This document shows positions 49,609-61,200 of a stretch of DNA of 64,000 nucleotides, in pieces (within the stretch, counting starts at the first letter, position 1; each line of letters starts with the position of its first letter). A program made the position numbers and the translations under genes. The notes below the pieces were generated by a model. The model made no database searches. It was not told the origin of the DNA and saw only the letters and a program-made list of their open reading frames with translations. Source of the DNA: Thermoplasmatota archaeon (GTDB lineage Archaea > Thermoplasmatota > E2 > DHVEG-1); contig JAZKSG010000001.1 in the NCBI GenBank assembly GCA_036626215.1, positions 5,634-69,633 of the forward strand, read 5' to 3'.

Positions 49609-49723
49609 GTTTATTCCGCCACCTTAGACGATATCTAAATATACGAGGAGATTTATAACATTTACTTAACAAAGGCAACATCTTCTATTAAAAAGTATAC
49701 TTTCAACTTTAAAAAGACTTTTT

Positions 49724-51061
49724 TTATAAGACCGGTATATATTTGTCTATCTCCCATTTTGTGACTTGTGTTCTATATTTCTCCCATTCTTCATTTTTTA
49801 CATGAAGAAAATTATTGAATATGTGGCTGCCTAACGTCTCCTTCATAAAAGCACTTTCTTCCATCAGGGAAATGGCATGGCCTAGACTCTCCGGTAGTTG
49901 TTTAATACCATGCTTTTTTCTTTCACCTTCTGTTAATTCGTATATGTTTTCTTCAACTGGTTTAGGCGGCACAATTCTATTTTCAATTCCCTCTAAACCT
50001 GCAGAGAGCATTACTGCAAACTGTAGATAAGGGTTACCAGATAAATCCGGGCTTCTAAGTTCTACTCTTGCTCCTTTGCCTTTGCTTGTAGGGATACGAA
50101 TTAGAGCACTTCTGTTTCTTTTTGCCCAGGAGATATACGTTGGCGCCTCGTAACCAGGCACCAGTCTTTTATAAGAGTTTACTGTAGGATTGCAAATACA
50201 GGTTATTTCTTTTATATGTTTCAGCAAGCCCCCTATGAAAAATTTTGCTGTATCACTAAGCATATCTTCACTATCTGGATTGTAAAAACCGTTTTTCCTG
50301 TTAGAATCGAAGAGAGACATATGTGTATGCATACCAGATCCATTCAAACCAAAAATAGGTTTAGGCATAAAAGATGCATGGAGATTGTGTTTGTTTGCTA
50401 TCACCTTGGTAACGTATTTTAATGTTATCGTCCTGTCTGCTGTGGTTAACGCATCGGAATAACGGAAATTTATCTCATGTTGACCCTCAGCTACCTCATG
50501 GTGGGAGGTGTATGTCTGTATCCCAAGTTCATCCAAAGCAAGCGATATATCTGCTCTTACCCCCTCAGCTAAATCTCTATGAGAAAGTTCGAAATATCCT
50601 GCATGATCATTAGGTCTTAGAGTTGAAACACCATCCTCCTTTTTAAAAAGAAAAAACTCACATTCTGGACCAGTATTAAAGACATATCCTTTCTTCTCTG
50701 CTTTCTGCATAGTTCTTTCAAGAACATATTTAGAGTCACCTTCAAATCGCGAACCACTTGGATCAAAGATATCACAGTTTAATTTAGCAGTTTTTCTCTT
50801 TTCTATCTCCTCTGGAATTATTACAAAACTTTTAGGGTCTGGCTTAGCAATATAATCTGATTCTTCGATTGTGGCATATCCTGCTATTGAAGACCCATCG
50901 AAAGATATGCCTTCTTCTAAAGCCTCTTCTAATCTACTGTTAGGGATTACAATATTTTTTGGAAAACCAAGTATATCTACAAATTGTAGTCTAATAAAAT
51001 CAACTTTTTCTTGATTACAAACTTCTAAAACTTTTTCTTTGGTGCAACCACAGGATTCCAT
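49724..51061 (-). CDS. glnA: Glutamine synthetase type I
   Basis: 445 aa. GS beta-grasp N-terminus FVDILGFPK. Catalytic motifs MPKPIFGLNGSGMHTHMSLF and NPYLQFAVMLSAGLEGIE. RSPD lies upstream of the adenylylation-loop region. Confidence 0.9.
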   Translation of the reverse strand: MESCGCTKEKVLEVCNQEKVDFIRLQFVDILGFPKNIVIPNSRLEEALEEGISFDGSSIAGYATIEESDYIAKPDPKSFVIIPEEIEKRKTAKLNCDIFDPSGSRFEGDSKYVLERTMQKAEKKGYVFNTGPECEFFLFKKEDGVSTLRPNDHAGYFELSHRDLAEGVRADISLALDELGIQTYTSHHEVAEGQHEINFRYSDALTTADRTITLKYVTKVIANKHNLHASFMPKPIFGLNGSGMHTHMSLFDSNRKNGFYNPDSEDMLSDTAKFFIGGLLKHIKEITCICNPTVNSYKRLVPGYEAPTYISWAKRNRSALIRIPTSKGKGARVELRSPDLSGNPYLQFAVMLSAGLEGIENRIVPPKPVEENIYELTEGERKKHGIKQLPESLGHAISLMEESAFMKETLGSHIFNNFLHVKNEEWEKYRTQVTKWEIDKYIPVL

Positions 51062-51325
51062 CTTAAACCATTATCCTCCATGACTAAAAAACTTATAGTT
51101 TCACTTAAAAAACTTGGAACATTAATTGTAAACCAAATTTTCTTATTAAAACCTATTTAATTCTACAAAAATTGATAAAAATATTAGTAAAAATGTAGAA
51201 CCAGCAGTAGTTTTTTTATACATTTTAACTAAAATGTTGCAATAAAGTTTTAATAAGGATGTTTTATAAGGAGACCACTGAAATTATGAAAATTGAAACC
51301 TATTATTGGGAGGTTTTATAAAAAA

Positions 51326-52672
51326 ATGAATGCAGAAAACGTCAAATGTTTTATGGATGAGTGCTGTAAGAGAAAGAACCCTGGTCAGGAGGAATTCCAT
51401 CAGGCGGTGCGTGAAGTTGTAGAGAGTATTATGCCTTTTGTGGAAAAACATCCTAAATATAAAGAACATAAAATCTTAGAAAGAATAATTGAACCTGAAA
51501 GAGTTATTATGTTCCGTGTTCCATGGCTTGATGATAATGGCGAACCGCAGATAAACCGTGGTTATCGAATCGAGATGAACAGTGCGATAGGTCCATATAA
51601 AGGAGGGTTACGTTTTCATCCAACTGTTAACCTTAGCATTTTAAAATTCCTTGCTTTCGAACAGATTTTCAAAAACAGTCTTACCACCCTCCCGATGGGT
51701 GGCGGAAAAGGCGGGTCTGATTTTAATCCTAAAGGAAAGTCTGATAACGAAGTTATGAAGTTCTGTCAGAGTTTTATGACTGAACTCTGCCGTCATATTG
51801 GTCCGGATACTGATGTCCCAGCAGGAGATATAGGAGTTGGTGGACGTGAAGTAGGATATCTTTTTGGTCAATACAAAAGAATTAGAAACGAGTTCACTGG
51901 TGTTCTAACAGGTAAAGGACTTGGATGGGGTGGAAGCCTTATACGTCCGGAAGCAACAGGATATGGTTCAACATATTTTGCTCAGGAAATGTTGAAAACG
52001 CGTAACGAGAAAATAAAAGGAAAAACTGTAACCATCTCTGGATCTGGAAACGTAGCACAACATACCTGTGAAAAAGTTTTACAGTTAGGTGGAAAAGTAG
52101 TCACTCTATCTGACTCCTCAGGCATGATACATGATCCAGAGGGAATTGATAGAGAGAAACTTGATTTCGTGATGGAGCTTAAAAATGTTAAACGTGGCCG
52201 GATAAGAGAATATGCTGAAGAGTTTGATGACGTTACTTATGAGGATGGAAAAAGACCTTGGAACATTCCTTGTGACATAGCGTTCCCATCAGCCACTCAA
52301 AACGAGATAAGTGAAGATGATGCCAAGGCACTGGTTGATAATGGATGCATATGCGTATCAGAAGGAGCTAACATGCCTACAGTACCAGAGGGAATAGACG
52401 TATTCTTAGAAAACAAAATCCTTTACGGCCCTGGAAAAGCAGCTAACGCAGGCGGCGTATCAGTTAGCGGTCTTGAAATGTCTCAGAACAGTTTACATAT
52501 GAATTGGTCTAGGGAAGAAGTAGATAACAAACTCCAGAACATCATGAAATCCATACATGAGACATGTCTAAAATATGGTAAAGAAGATGGTTTTTGCAAC
52601 TATGCAAAAGGGGCCAACATCGGTGGGTTCGTAAAAGTTGCAGATGCAATGATAGACCAAGGACTCGTCTAA
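51326..52672 (+). CDS. gdhA: Glutamate dehydrogenase, large bacterial (E. coli GdhA-like, NADP-type) family
   Basis: ~448 aa from ATG 51326 after gggagg. The tracked ORF 51293 is an extension. Contains PGQEEFHQAVREV and the catalytic Lys loop LPMGGGKGGSDFNPKGKSD. Rossmann GSGNVAQH. Confidence 0.9.
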   Translation: MNAENVKCFMDECCKRKNPGQEEFHQAVREVVESIMPFVEKHPKYKEHKILERIIEPERVIMFRVPWLDDNGEPQINRGYRIEMNSAIGPYKGGLRFHPTVNLSILKFLAFEQIFKNSLTTLPMGGGKGGSDFNPKGKSDNEVMKFCQSFMTELCRHIGPDTDVPAGDIGVGGREVGYLFGQYKRIRNEFTGVLTGKGLGWGGSLIRPEATGYGSTYFAQEMLKTRNEKIKGKTVTISGSGNVAQHTCEKVLQLGGKVVTLSDSSGMIHDPEGIDREKLDFVMELKNVKRGRIREYAEEFDDVTYEDGKRPWNIPCDIAFPSATQNEISEDDAKALVDNGCICVSEGANMPTVPEGIDVFLENKILYGPGKAANAGGVSVSGLEMSQNSLHMNWSREEVDNKLQNIMKSIHETCLKYGKEDGFCNYAKGANIGGFVKVADAMIDQGLV

Positions 52673-52745
52673 AAAAACATTTTTTTTCTCTTTTTTTATT
52701 TTTTTGTGAAAAGAATAAAATACAGCAATTTTTTTATTTGGTTTT

Positions 52746-53783
52746 ATGGAACTTTTGGAAGATGATCTAAATCTTTACCTTCTTCGCTACCTAGTTTCCG
52801 GTGAAGGGGTTTCAGTTAATATTCGTTCTGTAGCACGTGAGCTTGATATTCATCGTGCTACTGCCAAAAGAAGGATTAGTTTTTTGTATGATAAAAAAAT
52901 CCTTAACCCTCCCTTTTATTCTTTTCCCCAGCTCTATAAGGAGTACCCTTTACTTATCTTGGTTAAAGCAGATATGCCTAGAACTCAAGAGGTTAAAGAT
53001 TTTTTAAAAGATGATTCTCATGTTTTTGCTGCTTTTTCTTGTATGGAAGGGCCGTATAATACTTTTTTAATGGAGTTTTTTGAAGATTTAAAATCATATC
53101 ATTCTTGGCGTGAACAGATTGTGGCGGATAAAAAAATTCCTACTAGGCATAATCGAGCGGCTGCTTCTGCCAATATTTTCAGTAATAATCTAACGTTCAA
53201 GTATGAACCTAATTGTTTTGTAAAAGAACTGAGGAAGGAATTTGATAGAGATGGTTTTGTTCAGATAGGTGATGTAAGGCTTGGATATGAAAAGTTTAGT
53301 ATTATGTATGATTTGACCCAGGGTAAACATCTTCAGAGAAATGATTCTTTTTTATCAAGAGAGTTGGGTGTGAATAGAAAAACAATCAAACATCGTGTTG
53401 GTACATTGCTTGATGCAGGTGTTATAGATCCTCCTAAATGTTTTTTTCCAAACTTGTTTATCCCTCCGACATATAACTTGGTTGTTTCTTTGATTGAGGT
53501 AAAATCAGGGGTTGATGATGTTAAAAAGTATATTATGGATAATAATAATATTTCTCGTGCGCAGGAAGCTAGCACTGGGCGGTATAACTTTTTGATTTTT
53601 TCTGCTTTTAAAACCATTGAACATTTTTTTGATACGGGTCGAGAACTAATTTCACGTTTTCCCAACGCCATAGGAGATATTTCTAATACTATTTTGTCTT
53701 CAAAGATGATTCATACTATCAAACCTCAGAAACTTTCTCTTGGTTGGATTGAGAGAAAGCTTTGGGAATTGAAACAAAAATAG
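52746..53783 (+). CDS. Tandem-duplicated Lrp/AsnC-like transcription regulator (two HTH + RAM-like units)
   Basis: 345 aa. Unit 1 HTH IRSVARELDIHRATAKRRISFL plus LLILVKADMP. Unit 2 HTH LSRELGVNRKTIKHRVGTLLDAGVI plus VVSLIEVKSG. Confidence 0.45.
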   Translation: MELLEDDLNLYLLRYLVSGEGVSVNIRSVARELDIHRATAKRRISFLYDKKILNPPFYSFPQLYKEYPLLILVKADMPRTQEVKDFLKDDSHVFAAFSCMEGPYNTFLMEFFEDLKSYHSWREQIVADKKIPTRHNRAAASANIFSNNLTFKYEPNCFVKELRKEFDRDGFVQIGDVRLGYEKFSIMYDLTQGKHLQRNDSFLSRELGVNRKTIKHRVGTLLDAGVIDPPKCFFPNLFIPPTYNLVVSLIEVKSGVDDVKKYIMDNNNISRAQEASTGRYNFLIFSAFKTIEHFFDTGRELISRFPNAIGDISNTILSSKMIHTIKPQKLSLGWIERKLWELKQK

Positions 53784-53924
53784 ACACCATAGAATATTTG
53801 TCCATTAAAAAGATACTTTTTTACCCAAGCTGTACATAGATTAAATATTTTTTTATAACCCAACTATATATATCACTTTAATAATGCGACGAAAAAATCA
53901 AAAACATAAGGAGCAATCTGAGAT

Positions 53925-55214
53925 ATGGTAGAAGAAGGATACAACCCATTTAAAATGGCACAAAAACAATTTGATAGAGTCGCAGAGAAACTAGAATTAG
54001 ACGACTCAGTAAGAGAATTTTTGAGAGAACCAATGAGAGAATATCATTTTTCTATACCTGTCAAGATGGATGATGGCAAAGTCAAAACTTTTAAAGGATT
54101 CAGAGTACAGCATAACGACGCCCGCGGCCCTTGTAAAGGAGGGATAAGATTTCACCCTCAGGAAACAATTGACACGGTTAGGGCATTGGCTATGTGGATG
54201 ACTTGGAAATGTGCAGTAATAGACATCCCTCTTGGAGGTGGGAAAGGAGGAGTTATATGTGATCCACATGATCTTTCGGAAGATGAACAGGAAAAACTGT
54301 GCAGAGGGTGGATCCGTCAGTTGTCACAAGACATTGGCCCAGTAAGAGATGTTCCAGCACCGGATGTAATGACCAATAGCCAACATATGCTTTGGATGAT
54401 GGATGAATATCAAGCAATCCATGGAGGACAATACCAGCCTGGAGTTATAACGGGTAAACCCGTTGCACAAGGCGGGTCTCTTGGAAGAAAAGAAGCTACC
54501 GGCTATGGGTTAGTATACATTTTAAGAGAATGTTTGAAGGAAATGGATATCGACATAAACAAGGCAACTGCATCAATACAGGGTTTTGGAAATGTGGCAC
54601 AACATGCCGCAGAATTATTCATAGATTTAGGGGGAACTGTAGTTTCCGTTTCTTGTTGGAATCAAAAAGACAGCAAGCCCTATTCCTTTTATAAAGAAGA
54701 CGGAATCGATTTGAAAGAATTATTAAAAATCACAGATCATTTCGGCACAATCGATAAAAAAGAAGCGGAAAAACTTGGGTATGAAGTTCTTCCGGGAGAA
54801 GACTGGATTAAACATGATGTAGATATTCTTATACCCGCTGCTTTGGAAAACGCTATAACAAAAGACAATGTGGACAAAATACAGCCAAGTGTAAAACTTA
54901 TCATATCTGGTGCAAACGGCCCTATAACTCCTGAAGCAGACGACACATTAAATGAGAAAGAAGTAGTAGTTATACCAGATTTTTTAGCTAACGCTGGAGG
55001 TGTAGTATGTAGTTATTTCGAACAAGTACAGAGCAATCAAAACTATTACTGGCCTAAAGAAGAAGTACTAGGAAAACTTGATAATAAAATGACAGATGCG
55101 TTCTACAAAGTATGGGAGTTATCTCAACGTAGAAAAATAAGAGTAAGCGATGCAGCTTATATGATCGCTATTTCAAGAGTGGCAGAATCCTGTCAGATTA
55201 GAGGATGGGTCTAA
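53925..55214 (+). CDS. gdhA: Glutamate dehydrogenase (archaeal ~420-aa type), paralog 2
   Basis: 429 aa. GFRVQHNDARGPCKGGIRFHP, IPLGGGKGGV, Rossmann QGFGNVAQHAA. Confidence 0.9.
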   Translation: MVEEGYNPFKMAQKQFDRVAEKLELDDSVREFLREPMREYHFSIPVKMDDGKVKTFKGFRVQHNDARGPCKGGIRFHPQETIDTVRALAMWMTWKCAVIDIPLGGGKGGVICDPHDLSEDEQEKLCRGWIRQLSQDIGPVRDVPAPDVMTNSQHMLWMMDEYQAIHGGQYQPGVITGKPVAQGGSLGRKEATGYGLVYILRECLKEMDIDINKATASIQGFGNVAQHAAELFIDLGGTVVSVSCWNQKDSKPYSFYKEDGIDLKELLKITDHFGTIDKKEAEKLGYEVLPGEDWIKHDVDILIPAALENAITKDNVDKIQPSVKLIISGANGPITPEADDTLNEKEVVVIPDFLANAGGVVCSYFEQVQSNQNYYWPKEEVLGKLDNKMTDAFYKVWELSQRRKIRVSDAAYMIAISRVAESCQIRGWV

Positions 55215-55235
55215 AAAGAGAATTATGAATATAAA

Positions 55236-58229
55236 ATGATAGAAGAAAATAAAGAAGAAAAAATTTTATCAAAAATTGAGGAGATTACAGGGATAAAACC
55301 CCATAAGGAAGAAGAGAGATATACAGATAAAACAGAAAAACTTAGAAAATACGAAATCGACAGCGTTCTAATCGTTTCTTCTTCCTATGATTATTTTCTT
55401 TTGGAAGAAGAGGGAAGATTAAGCAATCTCTTCTCGGAACTATATTCTCCTTCTGGAAAAAACCCTCCCAGTGTTTCACATGTCGAAACAGAGGAGAGTG
55501 CTCTTAAAAAACTCTCTGACAAAACCTTTGATTTAACAATTATTTTCAACAAACCTGAAGATATAGGGGTTCTCGATTTAGCTAAAAAGATTAGAGACCA
55601 TTCTAAATCCAAGATAGTTATATTAAACAACGATATCGAAAAAATCAGAAAAATATCAGAAGCAGATGAAGACAATCTAATCACAGAGTTTTTTACTTGG
55701 AATGGCGATGGGAAAGTAGTTTTAGGGATAGTTCAGCTAATAGAAGACTCAGTTAACTTAGAGAAAATCAAAAAAGGAGAAAAATGTAGATGCATTCTTC
55801 TAATAGAAGACTCGATACAACATTATTCTAACTATATAACATTGATATATGATGAAATTAGAGAATTTTTAGATGAGATAATAGATAAGAATTTAACTGA
55901 TAAACAAAAAGACATCCGTTTTGATAGGAGGCCTTTTGTTTTTCATGCTAAAGATCTTGACACATCTATCCATTTTTTTGAAAAATTCAAAGATGATTTA
56001 GTTTGTATAATAACTGACAACCATTTAGGCGATGCCGAAAATAGGGTTGAAAACGCAGGTGTAGAGTTTACCAAAAAAATAATTGATGAGGGCTATGATA
56101 TTCCTATAGCTATTCAGTCTTCGGAACCGATCCATGATTGTGATTTCCCAAGTAAAAAAATACAGTTTCTCTCTAAAAACTCAGCAAATCTAATCGGGAA
56201 ATTGAAAAGATTTATAGAGAAAAGCATAGAGCCAAAGAAAATCAGATATAAACCCAATGACGGCGAAGTTAAAGTTATGGACGATATATCTGATTTGCAG
56301 GATTTTTTACTGTTTGAAGATAGTTATTTGGTTGTAAATCTCGCTAAAAAAAATGTTTTTTCTAATTGGTTCAACTCTTTGGGTGAATTTGAGCTATCTG
56401 AAAAGTTTCGTTTCTTTGAGAACGGTTTTGAAAAACCTGATAAATTACAGAAAAATTTATTGGATGTTATAGAAAACTACAGATATTCTTTGAATCAGGT
56501 AGCTATTAAAAAATTTGAACGACGGGAAGATGAAGAAAAAACTAAGATTAGATGTATAGGCGATGGTGCATTGGGCGGTAAAGCTCGTGGTTTGGCTTTC
56601 CTCTCTAAAATTTTTTCTAAATATGTATCTGAAGATATGCTTCCTGGTCTTCGTGTTACGATTCCTCGTAGTATTGTTTTATCTACTGATGTTTTTGATT
56701 CTTTTTTAGAACGCAATGATTTGCTTGAAGAACCTCTCTTTGAGTTGTCTGATGAACGCATAGCTTCTAAGTTTATGAAATCAGACCTTCCTGCTATCGT
56801 CCTTGGTGATTTACGTTCTTTTGTTAGAAACACCAGGAAACCTTTGATCATCCGGTCGTCAGGCGTTCTCGAGGATTCTTTATTGCAGCCTTTTGCAGGT
56901 GTTTATGCCTCTATGCTTCTTCCAAATGAATCTTGGGAGACAGATCTTCGTTTCCAGGAGGCATGTAACGCCATTAAATATGTTTATGCTTCTACATATT
57001 TTGAAAGAGCTCGTAACTATGTCAGATCTACTCCTAAAAGTATAACCGATGAGAAGATGGGGGTGCTTATACAGGAGGTTGTAGGTAAAAAGTATGGAAC
57101 CTATTTTTATCCGGATGTTTCTGGGGTAGCAAAATCTTATAATTATTACCCCTCCGGTGATTGCAAACCAGAGGATGGAATTGTTTATCTGGCTTTGGGG
57201 TTAGGAAAATCAATTGTTGAAGGCGGGAGTAGTTTTTGTTTTTGCCCTGAAAAACCTAAAAAACCTTTGGCAGGAACGCCAAAAGATTTCATGAGATATT
57301 CTCAAAGAGATTTTTATGCCTTGAATCTTAGATCTGTTTATCGGATAGTAAACAAAAACGAAGAAAGTTCCTTAGATAAATTAGATCTTGATGTCGCAAA
57401 AAAACACGGTGTTTTAGATAAACTTGTATCTACCTATGATCCTCGAGACGACCGACTCTATCCAGGATATTCAAATGAGGGTCATCCTGTCTTAGATTTC
57501 AGTCCTATTGTAAAATATAATGAGATCCCTCTTTCCAAAGCAATGAAACTTTTACTAAATGTCTGCGAAATCATTTTAGGTTATCCTGTAGAGATAGAGT
57601 TTGCAGTTAACTTATTTAAAGAAAAAGACAAACCCGCAGAGCTAACAATTCTACAGATTAGAAACATGCGCCCCCCTGGAGAATCACCAACATTATCAAA
57701 TAAAGATTTAAAATCCAACGATGTTTTGTGTTATAGTAAACACGCTTTGGGTAATGGAGTCATAAAAAATATTAAAGACATAGTATTTGTTAAATCAGAA
57801 AAATATGATATGTCGAATTCAATGCAGGTTGTAGACCAAGTCAAAAAAATTAACAGAAAACTCATGGATGAGGACAAACCTTACATCCTTGCTGGACCCG
57901 GGCGTTGGGGGTCAGCAGACCAATGGCTTGGAATACCTGTAGCGTGGGGAGATATAGCAGGCGCAAAAGTAATAATAGAGACGCCTTTTGAAAGAAGATC
58001 TATAGATTTCTCCCAAGGGTCACACTTTTTCCATGATATGCTTTCCTCTAACGTTGCATATCTAAAAACTGAAAAAGGAGAAGGAAACCTTGATTGGAAT
58101 CTGCTAAATTCGTTTCAGACTGTTGACGAAATAGGGGAGATAAAACATGTAAAAACCCCCTATCCTTTAGAGGTCGTAGTTGATGGAAAAAATGGAAAAG
58201 CAGTTATTAAAAAAGATAAAGAAAAATAA
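55236..58229 (+). CDS. Multidomain protein: N-terminal receiver-like repeats + PEP synthase N-terminal-type ATP-grasp (PPDK_N) domain + conserved C-terminal module
   Basis: 997 aa. The core aligns by eye with the ppsA N-domain in this window: IGDGALGGKARGLAFL ~ VGGKNASLGEM; LIIRSSGVLEDS ~ VAVRSSATAEDL; LIQEVVG...DVSGVAKS; IEFAV...LQIRNMR ~ DIEWAK...VQARPE. It lacks the GGRTCHAAI swivel motif and instead has GPGRWGS...GDI...SQGSHFFHD. The N-terminal 430 aa contain two CheY-like alpha/beta stretches (DSVLIVSSSYD..., CRCILLIEDS...). Confidence 0.55.
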   Translation: MIEENKEEKILSKIEEITGIKPHKEEERYTDKTEKLRKYEIDSVLIVSSSYDYFLLEEEGRLSNLFSELYSPSGKNPPSVSHVETEESALKKLSDKTFDLTIIFNKPEDIGVLDLAKKIRDHSKSKIVILNNDIEKIRKISEADEDNLITEFFTWNGDGKVVLGIVQLIEDSVNLEKIKKGEKCRCILLIEDSIQHYSNYITLIYDEIREFLDEIIDKNLTDKQKDIRFDRRPFVFHAKDLDTSIHFFEKFKDDLVCIITDNHLGDAENRVENAGVEFTKKIIDEGYDIPIAIQSSEPIHDCDFPSKKIQFLSKNSANLIGKLKRFIEKSIEPKKIRYKPNDGEVKVMDDISDLQDFLLFEDSYLVVNLAKKNVFSNWFNSLGEFELSEKFRFFENGFEKPDKLQKNLLDVIENYRYSLNQVAIKKFERREDEEKTKIRCIGDGALGGKARGLAFLSKIFSKYVSEDMLPGLRVTIPRSIVLSTDVFDSFLERNDLLEEPLFELSDERIASKFMKSDLPAIVLGDLRSFVRNTRKPLIIRSSGVLEDSLLQPFAGVYASMLLPNESWETDLRFQEACNAIKYVYASTYFERARNYVRSTPKSITDEKMGVLIQEVVGKKYGTYFYPDVSGVAKSYNYYPSGDCKPEDGIVYLALGLGKSIVEGGSSFCFCPEKPKKPLAGTPKDFMRYSQRDFYALNLRSVYRIVNKNEESSLDKLDLDVAKKHGVLDKLVSTYDPRDDRLYPGYSNEGHPVLDFSPIVKYNEIPLSKAMKLLLNVCEIILGYPVEIEFAVNLFKEKDKPAELTILQIRNMRPPGESPTLSNKDLKSNDVLCYSKHALGNGVIKNIKDIVFVKSEKYDMSNSMQVVDQVKKINRKLMDEDKPYILAGPGRWGSADQWLGIPVAWGDIAGAKVIIETPFERRSIDFSQGSHFFHDMLSSNVAYLKTEKGEGNLDWNLLNSFQTVDEIGEIKHVKTPYPLEVVVDGKNGKAVIKKDKEK

Positions 58230-58249
58230 TGAAGGCGGACAATTAAAAA

Positions 58250-61200
58250 ATGAATGATCGAAATAAAGAATTTGAAAACATAAAGAACAAACTTGATAAA
58301 CAAGTCCCTGAAGCGTTGCAAGAGAGAGTAAAAGAACTTAATTGCCTGTATGGTCTTACTAATATAGTTAAAGATAAATCTCTGTCTAAAGATGAGGCTT
58401 TGCAGAAAATAGTTGATTTAATTCCTCCTTCTTGGCAGTATCCAGACATAACTTGTGCGCGAATAAAATTAAAAGATGAGGGAGTGTATAAAACAGATAA
58501 TTTCAGGGAGACGAAATGGAGTCAAATCAGCAATATTTTTTCTGACGACAAAAAAATTGGTACACTTGAAGTATATTATCTTGAAGAAAAACCAAAGTTA
58601 GATGAAGGTCCTTTCCTTAAGGAGGAAAGATGGTTAATTGATGCTATAGCAGACTTAATTGGAAAATATATTGGTGAAATACAGATAAAGGAAGAATTGA
58701 AGCAGCATAAGGAAAAACTTGACCAGGTTGAAAAAACAGGACAAAAATTTGAAGAAGCCGAGATCACAGACAAGAAGCATGATTGGGAGGTAATTATTGA
58801 TCTTCTGATTAAAACCGACCCTCGTATGCTTCTTCGTATAACCCGGAAGATGGTATATCATCTGTATCGTTTTGAAAATGAAAAAATCAACAATCTTTTA
58901 AGTACTGTTTGTCCAGTGGATAGAGATTCTTCTTCAACCCAATGGTGCGGTATTAACATGCCTAACCCCCGTCAAAATATAGAATCTCTCAAAAGAGTCC
59001 AACAGCAGGTTTTTGAATTAGCAAAAGAATGTTTTACTCCAGAAGAACTCTCTCGGCTATTCCATTACTATATTAAACAAGATAAAGTACGTCCATTGTT
59101 GCTGACATCTCAGAAACACGGAGTCCCTCTTGTTGAAATAACAAATGAGCTTATTCGTTTCTTTGACAAAGCTGATGAGGAAATTGAGATTTCACCTGAA
59201 GATCGCCTGAGTATTACCACGGCGTTAATCAGGCGTTTTTTTACGGATAGACTTGATTATGTTAATGTCGCTAAACAGTTTATCAATGTTGAAGATTTTA
59301 TTCCTCTTCTGAAACATGTGGTGGGCCCTGCGCAGGGAGCTGGCAAGTTAGGAGGTAAAACCTCTGGAGTATATTTGGCTGAGAAAATTATAAAAGAGGA
59401 AATGGAAACGAAGGATGTGCTTAGCGACATTGCCTTCCCGCGTAGTTGGTATCTCACCTCTGATGCAATACATAATTTTATACATTATAACGATCTCGAT
59501 GAAGTATTTCATCACAAATATTTGGATCCAGAAGAAATACGACAAGAGCAGGTTTTTTTAGAGCAAATCTTTAAAAACGCTGTTTTTCCACCAGAAATCG
59601 TGGAAAACCTAAGAAAAATCATCCATGATATCGACGATAAACCTATAATCGTCCGCTCATCAAGTTTACTAGAAGATAGCTTCGGAGCGGCTTTCAGTGG
59701 AAAATATAAAAGTCTGTTTGTCCCTAACACAGGGTCAGAAGAAGAAAGACTTTATGCTTTAATGGATGCAATAGCTGAGGTTTATGCCTCTACTTTTGGC
59801 CCTGATCCTATAGAGTATCGACGGGAGAGAGGCTTACTTGATTTCAGTGAAGAAATGGGAGTTCTCATACAGGAAGTAGTTGGTATCAAGGTCGGCAAGT
59901 ATTATATGCCGATGTTTGGAGGAGTAGCTTTCAGCAGAAACGAATTCCGATGGTCTCCACGGATAAGAAGAGAAGACGGCGTAATTCGTTTGGTACCTGG
60001 TCTTGGAACCAGAGCTGTAGACCGGGTAAGTAATGATTACCCTATCCTGGTTTCACCGAGCAGACCCGAGCTACAGGTAAATACTTTGGTTGAAGAAAGA
60101 ATCCGTTACTCACCTCATTATATGGACGTTATTAATCTTGAATCTGGAGCAATAGAAACGATAGATGCAATAGAGTTATTCAAACAACACCCAGACGAAT
60201 TTCCGAAATTAAATCAGATTATTTCAATAAATAAAGATGGGCGCTTAGCTAAACCATCTGGCCTGTTGCTCAATCCTGAAGAAGAGGATATGGTGGTAAC
60301 ATTCTCAAATTTATTTGATAAAACAGATTTTCTTGAAAAAATAGAGACACTGCTTGATATATTAGAGGAAAACATTGGCACACCTGTCGATGTAGAATTT
60401 GCATCTGATGGAGAAAAACTTTATTTCCTTCAATGTAGACCCCAGAGTCAATCTTTGGATATCGAACGTGTACCTATACCTAAAAACATTCCAGATAAGA
60501 GAAAACTGTTCTCCTCAGATAAATATGTTACAACTGCTCAAATAGAAAACATCGAATACATTGTATATGTGAAACCGGAGGGATATGCAAATCTACAAGA
60601 TAGGGAGGAAATGCAAAAGATTGCGACTATTGTAAACCGTCTAAACGCTAAACTCCCTAAGAGAAAATTTATTTTAATGGGTCCTGGACGTTGGGGTAGC
60701 CGTGGCGACATTAAATTGGGTGTTCCAGTTAAATATGGAGACATAAACAACACTTCTCTCTTGGTAGAAGTTGCAAGAGAAAAAGGAGATTATACACCAG
60801 AACTTTCCTTTGGAACACATTTCTTCCAGGATCTCGTAGAAGCAGATATAAAATATCTGCCATTATATCCCGATCATCCTAACAACTTGTTCAACGAAAA
60901 ATTGTTATTAGATGCAGAGAACAAACTTTCGGAGATAACTCCATCTTTCAAAGATTATGAAGAGGTAGTAAAAATAGTTAAAGTATCTGACCTAGTTGAT
61001 GGCGGAACTTTGTCTGTGATTATGGATGGAGAAGCCGGAAAGGCATTAGCCTTCCTTAAACCTCCTGATCACTGGAGTTGGAGGATGCAACAAGTAAAAA
61101 AAATAGCGGATGATCTAGACCCTGAAGTTTACTCTATAGATTCATTATATCTGGTTGGGAGTACTAAAGATGGTAGCGCTGGTCCAGGTAGTGACATAGA

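Noticed and set aside
51293-51325. 11-codon extension upstream of the GDH1 start
   Set aside because: The GdhA-like alignment begins at MNAENV (ATG 51326), which has a gggagg RBS 13 nt upstream. The earlier ATG overlaps that RBS.
51062-51325. Searched the glnA/gdh1 divergent promoter region for an NrpR-type GGAA-N6-TTCC operator
   Set aside because: No exact or near-exact match was found. Only a weak TTGG-N15-CCAA partial palindrome at 51134-51158. It is not reported as a feature.
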